This document shows positions 1 to 10,716 of a stretch of 64,000 bases of DNA, piece after piece. The translations under genes and the position numbers were made by a program. The notes below the pieces were generated by a model. That model was not told the origin of the DNA. It saw only the letters and a program-made list of their open reading frames with translations, and made no database searches. The first letter of the stretch is position 1, and the number at the start of each line of letters is the position of its first letter. The stretch covers positions 7,064 to 71,063 of the forward strand of contig JBDRIE010000033.1 in NCBI GenBank assembly GCA_043816165.1. Direction: 5' to 3'. The stretch comes from Nitrospirota bacterium. Its GTDB lineage: Bacteria > Patescibacteriota > Gracilibacteria > UBA1369 > LOWO2-01-FULL-3.

Positions 1-1245
1 ATTTCCATAATCAACAACCCTCATCACGACATCACAAGTCTCCTTAATATCAAACTTCTCAATCGCAGCGTCATATTTATCAAAATATTCCTTCATATCA
101 TCATGAACATCACTCCCGGCTTTCTTTGGCACAGAGCTTTCCGCATATTTCTCAGTCATCATCACAACCCGATTAACCAAATTTCCCAAACCATTAGCAA
201 GCTCACTATTATAAACATCTACAAAACGTCCATGACTAAAATCTCCATCATCAGCAGTCGGAATTTCACGCATCAAGAAATATCGCAAAGCATCAGCCCC
301 ATATTTCTCAACATACTCCAAAGGATCAACCACATTTCCCAAACTCTTACTCATCTTCTTCCCTTCACTTGTCACAAATCCATGGACATAAACCGCTCGA
401 GGAATTTCAACACCTGCAGACATCAACATTCCAATCCAAACACCGGCATGAAATCGTAAAATATCTTTCCCAATCAAATGCACATCAGCCGGCCAATACT
501 TTTTGTAAATCTCACTATCCTCACCATATCCAAGAGCAGTAATATAATTGCTAAGTGCATCTCCCCACACATACATCACCTGATTTTCATCGCCCGGAAC
601 TTCAATTCCCCAAGGCAAAATCTCTTTCGGACGAGAAAAACTAACATCATGCAGACCTTCCCCTATCAAATTCAACATCTCGTTTTTACGACTCTCAGGC
701 ACAATTTTCAATCGATCACTCTCAATAGCTTCACGAATCTTGTCAGAATATTTCGATAATTTGAAAAAGTAATTTTCCTCCTCCAAAACCTCAGGCTTTT
801 TCATATGATTTGGACACATTCCGTTCTCATCCAAATCCTTCTCGCCCACATAAGCCTCACACCCAACACAATAAAGTCCGCTATATGTATCTTTGTAAAT
901 GTCCCCTGCCTCAGCCATTTTTTCCCATAATTTCTTCGCTCCCGCCTTGTGTCTCTCCTGAGTAGTACGAATAAAATCATCATTCGACAAACCAAGAGTT
1001 TCCTTCAGCGACACAAAAATCTCAGCATTCTCATCAACCACAACCTGAGTCTCTACCCCTCTTTCTTTCGCCACTTCATAAATTTTCACGCCATGCTCAT
1101 CAGTTCCCGTCAAAAAATAAGTATCCCGTCCTTTCAAACGATGATACCTCGCCAAAACATCCGCCTGTATAAACTCAAGAGCATGCCCAATATGCGGCGG
1201 CGCATTCACATAAGCAATTGCAGTTGTTATATAAAATTTATTCAT
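1..1245 (-). CDS. metG: Methionyl-tRNA synthetase (3' end runs off the window; absent from the ORF track)
   Basis: Minus-strand translation from ATG at 1245 gives MNKFYITTAIAYVNAPPHIGHALEF (HIGH motif) and HGFVTSEGKKMSKSLGNVVDP (KMSKS motif). Confidence 0.96.
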   Translation of the reverse strand, partial: MNKFYITTAIAYVNAPPHIGHALEFIQADVLARYHRLKGRDTYFLTGTDEHGVKIYEVAKERGVETQVVVDENAEIFVSLKETLGLSNDDFIRTTQERHKAGAKKLWEKMAEAGDIYKDTYSGLYCVGCEAYVGEKDLDENGMCPNHMKKPEVLEEENYFFKLSKYSDKIREAIESDRLKIVPESRKNEMLNLIGEGLHDVSFSRPKEILPWGIEVPGDENQVMYVWGDALSNYITALGYGEDSEIYKKYWPADVHLIGKDILRFHAGVWIGMLMSAGVEIPRAVYVHGFVTSEGKKMSKSLGNVVDPLEYVEKYGADALRYFLMREIPTADDGDFSHGRFVDVYNSELANGLGNLVNRVVMMTEKYAESSVPKKAGSDVHDDMKEYFDKYDAAIEKFDIKETCDVVMRVVDYGN

Positions 1246-1251
1246 GCTGAA

Positions 1252-1280
1252 AACCTACCAACAAGCAATATTAGAGTCAA
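1252..1280 (-). promoter_or_regulatory. Sigma70-type promoter for metG, leaderless geometry
   Basis: TTGACT-N17-TAGGTT-N6-ATG on the minus strand. Confidence 0.55.
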
Positions 1281-1286
1281 GAATAA

Positions 1287-2504
1287 CTATAAAGCCAATC
1301 CATCCAAGGCCTTCGGATCACTCTCCACATAATACTCATTCTCGCTTCCATAAGTACTATAAACCGAGAAGTTAAACACCGGCATATACGAATCTCGCTT
1401 TATATCCACGCTCAAACTTTGCTTCGTATCTCCACTAAATCCATCTGATGTAATGCTCGCAGACTCACGAGTGGTATCTTTATCAAATGTTTCCACTCTG
1501 AAATAAATCCGTGAAGCCGCCAACCTCTCCTCATTATTGAACATCTCAGGATCCAACATCGCCGGATTCATAAGATTTGTTAGAGACAGATAATTCAGCC
1601 CTGTCGCCTCTCCCGGGAAATTGTCCGGATTATTTCTCTGCAAAAATTCCCAAATCGAAAAGCATGGCAACTTTGCTTGGAACCTTTCCCCCTGACTATC
1701 ATATAAATAGAAATCACGGGCTTCTGTATTGATACAATATTGCCCTTCAAAACTCTCCCCGGGATTTTGGTAAACATGGCAAATAATATCAGAATTAATT
1801 CTATCTCCACCCGCACCACACTCAATAGTCCCAAACCATGAAGGCTCTGTAGCATTTGTCACAAACTGTTCACCACTATTTACATTTTGAGCAGACGAAA
1901 CCGCAGTAAAATCATGAAGAGACTCTGTAATAAAGCTTCCATCACTAGTTTCTCTTAAGGCAAATATTTTCCACCTTAGCACATCCCATCCGGATATCTG
2001 ACCGGTATCAAAAATCAAGTCTGTAGCCGGATTAAACGACACAAAAAATTCCACCGTAAAGTCCTCCACAACCTGTATTTCCCCCATTTCATCAACAGTA
2101 AAAAGTGGAATCGTCAAAGTCTCATTCAACTCCAAAATGTCATAAAATTTGTAATCCAACATCGAAGCAACATCGTACTCCTCCGGATCAAAACACGGAT
2201 AAGAATTACATTTATTTTTCAATTCATAAGAGAAAACTGCCATCTCCCCAACCTTCCCAATATTAGCCTCTTTCCCCTCCCATCCGGGCAAATTCGTATC
2301 CAAATTATACAAAGCCTGCTCTATCCCGGACTCAGCCGCATAATACGCTCTCCCCGCATCTATCAACTGCTTTGTAGACCTGGATTCACCAATAATCAAC
2401 GAAGACAACGCCAAAGAAAGCGCAATCAAAACTCCCATTACAAGCAATGCCACCAAAAGGGCGCTTCCTCTCACTTCACGAATTGTCTTTTTCAATTTAT
2501 TCAT
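1287..2504 (-). CDS. PilX/GspK-like minor pilin with large Cys-containing C-terminal domain
   Basis: Basic leader then G|SALLVALLVMGVL with no Glu5, then AYYAAESGIE typical of PilX N-termini; last gene of the pilin cluster. ATG at 2504 preferred over TTG at 2516. Confidence 0.8.
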   Translation of the reverse strand: MNKLKKTIREVRGSALLVALLVMGVLIALSLALSSLIIGESRSTKQLIDAGRAYYAAESGIEQALYNLDTNLPGWEGKEANIGKVGEMAVFSYELKNKCNSYPCFDPEEYDVASMLDYKFYDILELNETLTIPLFTVDEMGEIQVVEDFTVEFFVSFNPATDLIFDTGQISGWDVLRWKIFALRETSDGSFITESLHDFTAVSSAQNVNSGEQFVTNATEPSWFGTIECGAGGDRINSDIICHVYQNPGESFEGQYCINTEARDFYLYDSQGERFQAKLPCFSIWEFLQRNNPDNFPGEATGLNYLSLTNLMNPAMLDPEMFNNEERLAASRIYFRVETFDKDTTRESASITSDGFSGDTKQSLSVDIKRDSYMPVFNFSVYSTYGSENEYYVESDPKALDGLAL

Positions 2505-3144
2505 TAGTAAAATCAAATGAAGTTACAATATCTATTGTCGGCAATGTTGAATAAGATCTGGACGAAATAGTAGTCTGCAAATCCACAGAATAAGGAGTTC
2601 CACTCTTTCGTCTTTCCATCTCAAAAGTAGCAAAAACAGTCACCTTTGGTTGAAATTGGAAACCGTCTTTGAAAACATTTTCCAATTTATATGGATCATC
2701 GACCGGCGACACGAAAACGTTGAACTCAGTCACAGAAATTCGATCAATCTCCGGTGAAATAAGTAAATAATCAGTCTGTTTTCGAATCTGCTCTTCCAAA
2801 ACATCCTCACCAAACCAAATATTCTCTTTATCATCGTCATATTCAAATACAACATGTCTATCACCCCCCATAGAAATCAAAACCAATCTCTCATTAACAT
2901 TCCTATAATCCACATCTATCCCATAATAAATTGCCCCATTCCTCACCTCCTCGGTAATTTTGTCAAAAACTCTCCGAGCTTCAGAATAAAGCACTCTGTA
3001 ATCATTCGCCTCCTGCTGAGATTTCACAATATCAGTATATGAACCTATCAAAACCCCAAGGAACATCACAAAAATCGCCATAGCAACCATCATTTCGATT
3101 AGAGTGAATCCCCTTTGTTTTAATATTTTTTTCATAATATTCAT
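2497..3144 (-). CDS. Type IV minor prepilin (PilW/GspJ-like)
   Basis: Class III signal KQRG|FTLIEMMVAMAIF. Confidence 0.88.
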   Translation of the reverse strand: MNIMKKILKQRGFTLIEMMVAMAIFVMFLGVLIGSYTDIVKSQQEANDYRVLYSEARRVFDKITEEVRNGAIYYGIDVDYRNVNERLVLISMGGDRHVVFEYDDDKENIWFGEDVLEEQIRKQTDYLLISPEIDRISVTEFNVFVSPVDDPYKLENVFKDGFQFQPKVTVFATFEMERRKSGTPYSVDLQTTISSRSYSTLPTIDIVTSFDFTNE

Positions 3145-3770
3145 TATAACGCTCCTCCTTTCCAGTTGCTCAAAACCGTATCCAGAGCAACTTCACGATC
3201 TCTGTTTCCATCCTTCCAGGTAACAACAGATCTAACTAACATAAAATCTTCGCATTCCTCAGGCGCCACACACGCATCCAAAATCTCAATATACCGATAA
3301 AAAACCGGATCATCAGAAGATCCCGCTTTACCAATATATCCATCTGAATTCTTCACTAAACCAAACGATTGATTATAAGGATCATAAAATCCCTCATTAA
3401 ACTCCCAAGGTTTCATAGTATCCAAAGCCCCTATGCTGGTAGCATTTTCCGCCGGACTCGAATTTCTCCAGCCACCATCATCCAAAAATACTGAATAATA
3501 ATGACCCTCCTCAAGCTCATCATAAAGCCCACTTTCCCCTCGAAAATCCAAATTGTGCAACCAATTCGTATCTCGAATATTCCTTACAGCTTCAATCCCC
3601 TCCTGAGCCAAAAAGTACGCCTGTAAACTTTGGACATTCAACTTATTCGTCTTCACCATGCTCACAAGCAAATTGGAAGCGGAAACAATAGCAACCGTCA
3701 AAATCATGATTCCTATCATCACTTCAGTAAGACTAAACCCGGATGTTGATTTAAGCTTCCTCTTCAGCAT
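3144..3770 (-). CDS. Type IV minor prepilin (PilV/GspI-like)
   Basis: G|FSLTEVMIGIMIL followed by AYFLAQEGIEAVRNIRD. Confidence 0.88.
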   Translation of the reverse strand: MLKRKLKSTSGFSLTEVMIGIMILTVAIVSASNLLVSMVKTNKLNVQSLQAYFLAQEGIEAVRNIRDTNWLHNLDFRGESGLYDELEEGHYYSVFLDDGGWRNSSPAENATSIGALDTMKPWEFNEGFYDPYNQSFGLVKNSDGYIGKAGSSDDPVFYRYIEILDACVAPEECEDFMLVRSVVTWKDGNRDREVALDTVLSNWKGGAL

Positions 3771-4515
3771 AATCAGCTCTAGTTACATTGATCTGGCCTG
3801 ATGTCAGATCAACAAAAATATTTCTCTTATATCGATCTTCCTCGCTTTCCCCATACTTCATCTCGATTCGAACCTCCAACGGCGCATTTCCACTCATTGA
3901 ATCAATATATATTTCACCGTTTGGAGGAATAAACGTAATCGCAATATTTTCATTCAAATTAATCTCATTTTCATCGTAAATTCCCAAAATATTCACCTCT
4001 TTATCCAGCCCAAGGTCGGAAAAGGCAGTAGGATCATTAGCCAGCTCCTCATATTCGCACCCTTCCCTACTCCAAGTCTCTGTCACAGAATCAAATTCAA
4101 GTTTATTACTATATGAAATTTCAAACTTCTGAATCGAATATTCACTACCATCACCACTCAAATAATATCCAAAACAATTCGCAATATTTTCCTCGGTACC
4201 AATATATTCTTCATCCGCAGCAATCGCCTCACTAATCTCCTCATAAGCCATACCCCCAAAATCTCCATGAATCGTATTGTCACGAAGTTCATAGAACTGA
4301 GCCGTAAAACTGTCTGCAGCAAAGTCCAAAAGAGCTGTTCGCCTATACTCCGTGTACCCGTTAATCGCCAAAGTTGAAAGCACCGCGATAATGAAGAGCA
4401 CGACCATCATCTCCACCAAAGTAAACCCCTTTGACGGAGCTCCCTCCGGTCGCGCTAATTGTGTTAGAGGACTCCACTCCGTTGCGTCCTGCAATTTTTT
4501 TTTTAGAATTTTCAT
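3751..4515 (-). CDS. Type IV minor prepilin (FimT/GspH-like) with extended leader
   Basis: KG|FTLVEMMVVLFIIAVL; the leader carries about 20 extra residues encoded by GC-rich hairpin DNA. Confidence 0.85.
   Translation of the reverse strand: MKILKKKLQDATEWSPLTQLARPEGAPSKGFTLVEMMVVLFIIAVLSTLAINGYTEYRRTALLDFAADSFTAQFYELRDNTIHGDFGGMAYEEISEAIAADEEYIGTEENIANCFGYYLSGDGSEYSIQKFEISYSNKLEFDSVTETWSREGCEYEELANDPTAFSDLGLDKEVNILGIYDENEINLNENIAITFIPPNGEIYIDSMSGNAPLEVRIEMKYGESEEDRYKRNIFVDLTSGQINVTRADYAEEEA
4433..4492 (-). repeat. GNA-capped hairpin modules in frame in the pilin leader
   Basis: Minus strand AGGAC-GCA-AC-GGA-GT-GGA-GTCCT and GC-GA-CC-GGA-GG-GA-GC. Confidence 0.7.
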
Positions 4516-4517
4516 AA

Positions 4518-5786
4518 TTATACTCCGATAGCTCCACTCAAATTAAAGATTGGAGCCATTATTGCTAATGCTAATAGAGCCACGAAAAGCCCCACAAACA
4601 AGATCATAAATGGTTCAAATACAGATGATAACTTCCTTATTGAATTATCAATCTCCCTTTGATATTGATCTGAAATTTTTTGTGAAATTTTACCGAGCGT
4701 AGCGGATTTTTCACCTACACGAAGCATTTGTGTAACTTCCGGTGGGAACAAAAATTCGCTATTCTCTAATGTTTCCGAAATCTTTCCTCCAACTCGTACA
4801 TTATCGATAATTTCCTGAGCCTGAGCTTTATACACTCTGTTCGAAAGTGAACTTCCTGCAATTTTCAAACTCTTAATCACCGGCAAACCTGAATCAATCA
4901 AAAGTCCAAGCAAACTAATAAACCTTAATACATATACTTTTCGAGACAATGTTCCAATTATATAGATTCTCAGTTTCCAATAATCCCACGACAACGCACC
5001 ATAATCACTTTTTACAAAAACATTAAACACTCCATATCCAGCAAAACCCACAATCAAAATCACCCACCAATAATTCACCAAACCACTTTGAATCGTGATA
5101 AGCATTCTAGTCGGCAAAGGCAATGCGTCATCAGCAATTCCACCTTCTTTAAGCAAATTCAGAAGAGTCGGGAACACCCACACGAGCATACCAATACTCA
5201 CCAAAACCAAAACGGCAAGAACAGCAATTGGATAAACCGCCGCTCCCCACAATTTCATCTGAAGATCATGTTTCTTATCTAATTGTTCGGAAAGCTTGAA
5301 AAGCATGATATCAAGACGCCCTGTAGCTTCTCCCGATCGCACAATTCCCACTTCCGCCTCATCAAAAACATCCTCAAAACGACTCATCGCCTCACTCAAA
5401 TTCGATCCACTCTCACAAGTGTATCCAATCGTGTTCAGAACACGTTGAAACCTTCGATTCGGAGATCTCCCCGCCAAGGCTTTCACCGCTTGCACAACAG
5501 GAATTCCCCCATCCACCATTACAGCAAGCATATGAAAGAAATACGACTTATCTCTCAGGCTAATCTTTGTCCTATCAATCAAGAAATCATTAATCCTGGT
5601 AAAAATCCCCTGACTCGAACTATCATAAACACCATAAATCACTTTGTCTGACTCTTTTTTACCAAAACTCTTCACACTTTTCAGCACGTCAGCTCCTCCC
5701 ACAACACCCTCAACCATATAATCGGTTGCGTCCACATCAGCGGGCTGAGCAGCTTTTTCTTCGGGTTTTTGAATATCAGATTCCAT
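4518..5786 (-). CDS. pilC: Type IV pilus platform protein PilC (T2SS F family)
   Basis: Two GspF repeats (MVDGGIPVVQAV..GEATGRLD; LIDSGLPVIKSL..GEKSATL..EP) and three TM helices. Confidence 0.93.
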   Translation of the reverse strand: MESDIQKPEEKAAQPADVDATDYMVEGVVGGADVLKSVKSFGKKESDKVIYGVYDSSSQGIFTRINDFLIDRTKISLRDKSYFFHMLAVMVDGGIPVVQAVKALAGRSPNRRFQRVLNTIGYTCESGSNLSEAMSRFEDVFDEAEVGIVRSGEATGRLDIMLFKLSEQLDKKHDLQMKLWGAAVYPIAVLAVLVLVSIGMLVWVFPTLLNLLKEGGIADDALPLPTRMLITIQSGLVNYWWVILIVGFAGYGVFNVFVKSDYGALSWDYWKLRIYIIGTLSRKVYVLRFISLLGLLIDSGLPVIKSLKIAGSSLSNRVYKAQAQEIIDNVRVGGKISETLENSEFLFPPEVTQMLRVGEKSATLGKISQKISDQYQREIDNSIRKLSSVFEPFMILFVGLFVALLALAIMAPIFNLSGAIGV

Positions 5787-5795
5787 ATTTATTTA

Positions 5796-6380
5796 TTATT
5801 GTACTTCAGAAAAATAAGCTTCCATCGCGAGCGAAAAAGTTGCTCTCTTGATATTAAGAACATCGAGCTCATTTAACTGAACATTGATAGATTCAACTTT
5901 GAAAATTCTTGGATTTTGCTCAACACCTTCCAAGAAAGTCACCAAATCTGTGTAATTTCCTTCAAAACTGGCATTAATTCTAAGCGCATCTACTCCATCA
6001 TAAGCCGAGTTCCCTTCTCCAAAACTCAAAGATTTAAGCTCAATATCGTATGTGTCGGTAATTTGGATAATATCTTTAATCACCTCGTCTTGCTTCATTG
6101 TCGAAGGAATAGCTCGCAAACTTTCAATCTTTTGCACTTCTGTAGCAATACCCAACTCCTCCTCCGCAGTTTCAAATTCAGAAATCTTACTCTTGATCGA
6201 TTCAATCTCTACTTCCTTAGAAGTAATATCTGTTTCCATTGCAGAAACATCTGCTGCTAAAGATTTTGTGTAGAAAAAATAACCAACAACTGCTACCAAA
6301 ACCAATAGAACACCTATAAAAGTTCCTGCTTTAGATGGAGCCCTGAACTCAATATCATTTTTTTGAACTTTATCAGCCAT
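5796..6380 (-). CDS. pilO: PilO-like pilus alignment protein
   Basis: N-terminal TM, coiled coil, and GNYTDLVTFLEGVEQNPRIFKVESI motif. Confidence 0.85.
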   Translation of the reverse strand: MADKVQKNDIEFRAPSKAGTFIGVLLVLVAVVGYFFYTKSLAADVSAMETDITSKEVEIESIKSKISEFETAEEELGIATEVQKIESLRAIPSTMKQDEVIKDIIQITDTYDIELKSLSFGEGNSAYDGVDALRINASFEGNYTDLVTFLEGVEQNPRIFKVESINVQLNELDVLNIKRATFSLAMEAYFSEVQ

Positions 6381-6405
6381 ATTAAATCTATTTAAATATT
6401 AATAA

Positions 6406-6996
6406 TTAACGTAAAACCGCCTCGCTTTCCTCTACTTCAACCACATCTTCTTCATCACTTTCCAGCAAAGCTAAAGGATCCGCCTCCACATATGTTGCTC
6501 CAAATAGGAAAGTAAGAATTTCCTTACCATCCTCATCCGTTCCTCCAGAAATAGATGGAACAAAACTTCCTACAAATGAATAACTATTTTCAAAAGCTTT
6601 AATCAAATCAGCAACATCAAAATATGGATCTTTCCTATCGGGATAAGTCTTAACGTTCATATTAATATCATTCGAAGATGAACCTGAATATGAAAGAATC
6701 TCCACAATTGAAAGTCCATTATCAGTAGGAACTGTCTTTCTAATAGTCTTTATAACTTTCGACCACTGAATCATATCGCCCTCCAAATCATCCAGTGTCC
6801 TCTTCGCATTTATGGCTTCCAAAAGCTCTTTACTCTCAAACTGAAGCAACTTGTTTTTATACTCAGTCAAATTAGCCTCAACTCGTTTCAGATCCTCTTC
6901 ATTGGAAGCTTTATTCCAAAAAGTATATCCGGTATATGCACCCATTCCCAGAACAATAATAATCCCAAGAATAAGTAATGTAGAAGTTCTTTTCAT
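6406..6996 (-). CDS. PilN-like pilus alignment protein
   Basis: TM plus coiled coil plus WSKVIKTIRKTVP; directly upstream of pilO. Confidence 0.7.
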   Translation of the reverse strand: MKRTSTLLILGIIIVLGMGAYTGYTFWNKASNEEDLKRVEANLTEYKNKLLQFESKELLEAINAKRTLDDLEGDMIQWSKVIKTIRKTVPTDNGLSIVEILSYSGSSSNDINMNVKTYPDRKDPYFDVADLIKAFENSYSFVGSFVPSISGGTDEDGKEILTFLFGATYVEADPLALLESDEEDVVEVEESEAVLR

Positions 6997-7092
6997 AATA
7001 TTTGTTTTTATTTTTTATTCCCTATATTTTACCAGATTTTGCACTAATCGTAAAGGGTTGTAATATGAGGTTAAACCCCGTATACAAAAACT

Positions 7093-7404
7093 ATGAGAAA
7101 AATCAACGAATCATTCACCTGCAAAAATTGTGGTGAAAAGAACCCCAAACTCGAAAAATCATGCAGAAACCACTGCAGAAAATGCCTTTATTCCCTTCAC
7201 GTAGACAAAAACACGCCCGGAGACAGAGAATCATCCTGCAAAGCACTCATGGAACCTATAAAAGCTGAACAAACTGGCAAAAAAGGCTGGATGATCTATC
7301 ATAAATGCACAAAATGTAGCAAAATAATCCCAAACACAGTCGCAGACGACGATAACTTCGAAAAAGTAATAGAGCAGTCGCAACAGCGACTATTGCCAAA
7401 CTAG
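7093..7404 (+). CDS. RNHCP-domain Zn-binding protein
   Basis: FTCKNCG...RNHCRKCLYSLHVD..PGDR...C...HKCTKC. Confidence 0.9.
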   Translation: MRKINESFTCKNCGEKNPKLEKSCRNHCRKCLYSLHVDKNTPGDRESSCKALMEPIKAEQTGKKGWMIYHKCTKCSKIIPNTVADDDNFEKVIEQSQQRLLPN

Positions 7405-7414
7405 TCCCAACAAA

Positions 7415-8404
7415 ATGAATCCACAAGAAGCTAAAAAACTAGAGAAGAAAATCCACAAAATTTTCGCCAAATATCTATCAAAAAATAACACCGTAATTGC
7501 CGGGATTTCAGGTGGTCCGGATTCCATCTTTTTACTGAAATTTTTGGCCGAATTTCCCATAAAAATCCATGTCGCCCATCTAAATCATCTACTCCGAAAA
7601 GAAAGCGGAAACGATGAAAAATTAGTCAAAGATTTCACTGAAAAACTAAACGAAAAACTGGACAACAACGCCATTTCCTTCCATTCAAAAAGCGTAGATA
7701 TCAAAAAAATCAGCAAAAAATCCAAAAAAGGAATCGAAGAAACAGGTCGAGCAGAAAGATACAAATTTTTCAACCAACTCGCAAAAAAACACAAAGCCAC
7801 GTTCATCATCACAGCTCACCACGCAGACGACAATTTGGAAACAATTCTTCTAAACCTAACGAGAGGAGCGACTCTCCAAGGTTTGACAGGAATGAAGACC
7901 TTAGACACAAACTTGCTCCGTCCCCTTTTACCTATTACAAAAGCGCAAATCCAGGATTATCTCAAATTCAAACGCATCCCATTCATCATTGAAAAATCCA
8001 ACCTCACCGACGAATACAACAGAAACCTCATTCGAAACAAAGCAATCCCCCACCTCAAAAAAATCAACCCAAATATCGCACTCACAACCACAAAAAATAC
8101 CGAAAATCTCAGAGAAATCCAAGACTATCTCGCAATTCAAGCTCAAAACTGGCTCAAACACCACTCCACAAAATCCTCTACAAAACTACCAGCCAAATCC
8201 CTAACAAAACTCCATCCGGCCCTCCAAAAAACCATACTCAGAGAACTCTATAAATCCCTCACCGGTGACACAAAAAACCTCGAGAATACCCACATCAACG
8301 AAATCCTCCACCTAATCTCACAAAACATCGGCAACAAACAAAAAAAATTCGGAAAACTCCTACTCACACTCAAAAACAACAGTATCACAATCAAAAAACT
8401 CTAA
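7415..8404 (+). CDS. tilS: tRNA(Ile)-lysidine synthetase
   Basis: SGGPDS PP-loop, TAHHADDNLET, RPLL and RNLIR motifs; upstream of ftsH. Confidence 0.95.
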   Translation: MNPQEAKKLEKKIHKIFAKYLSKNNTVIAGISGGPDSIFLLKFLAEFPIKIHVAHLNHLLRKESGNDEKLVKDFTEKLNEKLDNNAISFHSKSVDIKKISKKSKKGIEETGRAERYKFFNQLAKKHKATFIITAHHADDNLETILLNLTRGATLQGLTGMKTLDTNLLRPLLPITKAQIQDYLKFKRIPFIIEKSNLTDEYNRNLIRNKAIPHLKKINPNIALTTTKNTENLREIQDYLAIQAQNWLKHHSTKSSTKLPAKSLTKLHPALQKTILRELYKSLTGDTKNLENTHINEILHLISQNIGNKQKKFGKLLLTLKNNSITIKKL

Positions 8405-8476
8405 ATTCTCATTGCAAAAATCACCAATTTCGTACACTATAAAGGCACTTAAAATCTTAAATGCCCAAATTTTATT

Positions 8477-10327
8477 ATGCCTGCATTACAAAAACCTCCA
8501 CAAAGAAGAAACACCTTCATTTACCTTGTTATCATCGCATTAATCGTTGCTGCACTCGCAATGATGTTTAATTCAGGTCAGCAAGCAACAACCGAAATTT
8601 CTCTAAATACATTCGTAGAAAAAGCTCAATCCGGAGAAATTCACAAAGTAGAAGTCTCTGACAACCGCATCGACATCGAACTTGTAGACGGTAGCAAACT
8701 TTACACATTCAAAGAAATGGGATCCAGCATCTATGAAATCCTAGAAAAATCCGGAGCGGACGAAGACGTGATCTCGGCGCTCCCTATTACTATAGTGGAC
8801 ACCGAATCAGGGAAATTCTGGACAGACCTATTAATAGGGGTCGTTCCATTCTTGTTAATAATCGCGTTTTTCGTCTTTATGATGCGATCGGCTCAATCCA
8901 GCAACAATCAAGCAATGTCTTTCGGAAAAAGCCGAGCAAAAGTTTATGATAAAGGTAAACAAAAAACCACATTCGATGACGTCGCGGGCTGTGAAGAAGC
9001 AAAAGATGAACTGGAAGAAGTAGTAGATTTTCTGAAAAAACCACAAAAATACACAAAAATTGGTGCAAAAATTCCAAAAGGAGTTATGTTAGTTGGAGCA
9101 CCGGGAACCGGTAAAACCTTATTAGCAAGAGCCGTCGCCGGAGAAGCAGATGTTCCATTCTTCTCAATTTCAGGATCAGAATTCGTAGAAATGTTCGTAG
9201 GTGTAGGTGCTTCCAGAGTTCGAGACTTATTTACCAGAGCAAAACGAAACGCCCCTTGTATTATTTTCGTCGACGAAATTGATGCGGTAGGGCGACACAG
9301 AGGCGCAGGAATGGGAGGAGGACACGACGAAAGAGAACAAACATTAAACCAAATACTTACAGAAATGGACGGATTTGAAACCGGCACAAACGTAATAGTA
9401 ATCGCGGCAACAAACAGACCGGACATCCTCGATCCTGCATTACTAAGACCCGGAAGATTCGACCGAAGAGTCGTTGTGGACATGCCGGATGCAAAAGCCA
9501 GAGAAGGAATTCTAAAAGTTCACACAAGAAAAAAACCGTTAGCAAAAACCGTTGATTTAAACAAAATAGCACGCTCAACACCGGGATTTACCGGCGCAGA
9601 TTTGGAAAACCTGGCGAACGAAGCCGCAATCCTTACGGCAAAACTCGACAAAAAGACTATTGGAATGAGAGAACTTGAGCAATCTATCGAAAAAGTTGTC
9701 ATGGGACCGGAAAGAAAATCCAGAGTTCTTAGCAAAAAAGAAAAGAAAATCACCGCCTACCACGAAGTCGGACACGCAGTTGTAGGACATATGCTCCCGG
9801 GATGCGACCCTGTCCACAAAATCTCTGTAATCTCCCGTGGAATGGCACTCGGAGTCACTTGGTTCATGCCGGAAGAAGACAAACATTTAACGTCTAGAAG
9901 CAAATTCGAAGACGAAATATGTTCACTTCTAGGTGGTTACACATCAGAACAAGTATTCTTTGGAGAAATGACCACAGGAGCTTCGAATGACCTTCAGAGA
10001 GCCACAAAATTGGCTCGAAACATGGTTACGAAATTTGGAATGAGCGACCTCGGACCGGTCATCTTCGGCGACAGCAATGACGAAATATTCCTCGGAAAAG
10101 ATTTTGGACATATGAAAAATTACTCAGAAGAATCAGCGGCAAAAATCGACCTGTTAGTTAAAAGAATTCTAGATAAATCACACAAAAAAACCGAAGATAT
10201 AATCAGAAAAAACAAAAAACTGATAGACACAATCGCAACCGACCTGATCAAAAAAGAAACATTGTCATCTGAAGAATTCAAAAAGTACTTTAAAGATACA
10301 AAAGTCCCTAAAAAGACAACAACATGA
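8477..10327 (+). CDS. ftsH: ATP-dependent zinc metalloprotease FtsH
   Basis: Two TMs, [36 protein letters not shown]. Confidence 0.98.
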   Translation: MPALQKPPQRRNTFIYLVIIALIVAALAMMFNSGQQATTEISLNTFVEKAQSGEIHKVEVSDNRIDIELVDGSKLYTFKEMGSSIYEILEKSGADEDVISALPITIVDTESGKFWTDLLIGVVPFLLIIAFFVFMMRSAQSSNNQAMSFGKSRAKVYDKGKQKTTFDDVAGCEEAKDELEEVVDFLKKPQKYTKIGAKIPKGVMLVGAPGTGKTLLARAVAGEADVPFFSISGSEFVEMFVGVGASRVRDLFTRAKRNAPCIIFVDEIDAVGRHRGAGMGGGHDEREQTLNQILTEMDGFETGTNVIVIAATNRPDILDPALLRPGRFDRRVVVDMPDAKAREGILKVHTRKKPLAKTVDLNKIARSTPGFTGADLENLANEAAILTAKLDKKTIGMRELEQSIEKVVMGPERKSRVLSKKEKKITAYHEVGHAVVGHMLPGCDPVHKISVISRGMALGVTWFMPEEDKHLTSRSKFEDEICSLLGGYTSEQVFFGEMTTGASNDLQRATKLARNMVTKFGMSDLGPVIFGDSNDEIFLGKDFGHMKNYSEESAAKIDLLVKRILDKSHKKTEDIIRKNKKLIDTIATDLIKKETLSSEEFKKYFKDTKVPKKTTT

Positions 10328-10716
10328 AAAACTCAAGTATAAAAATTCATCCACTTCCACAAGGGGACAAGAAACCTCTAAAACGTGAAGTTGGTCAGCT
10401 TTCTCTCGACATCTATCACACAAACAAAGAGATTGTGATTCTCGCTCCAATAGCAGGGGTCGAAAAAAAAGACATCAAAATTTCGGTCACAGACGACGTC
10501 TTGGTTATTAGAGGGGAAAGAGAGCCAATCGAAGAAGTAGAAGAGGATGCATACTATACTCGTGAATGTTTCTGGGGAAATTTTGCCAGATCAATAGTCC
10601 TCCCATTAGAAGCAAACACAAAAAATATCACAGCTACATTCGACGAAAATGTCCTGGAAATTCGCATTCCCAAAGAAAAACTCGAACACACCAAGATTAT
10701 CAAAATTAAAGCATGA
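10324..10716 (+). CDS. Small heat-shock protein (Hsp20)
   Basis: Alpha-crystallin motifs ECFWGNFARSIVLP and ATFDENVLEIRIPK. Confidence 0.92.
   Translation: MKNSSIKIHPLPQGDKKPLKREVGQLSLDIYHTNKEIVILAPIAGVEKKDIKISVTDDVLVIRGEREPIEEVEEDAYYTRECFWGNFARSIVLPLEANTKNITATFDENVLEIRIPKEKLEHTKIIKIKA

Noticed and set aside
103-1332. Plus-strand ORFs 103-459, 478-759 and 949-1332
   Set aside because: Antisense shadows of metG, which the track missed because it has no stop in the window.
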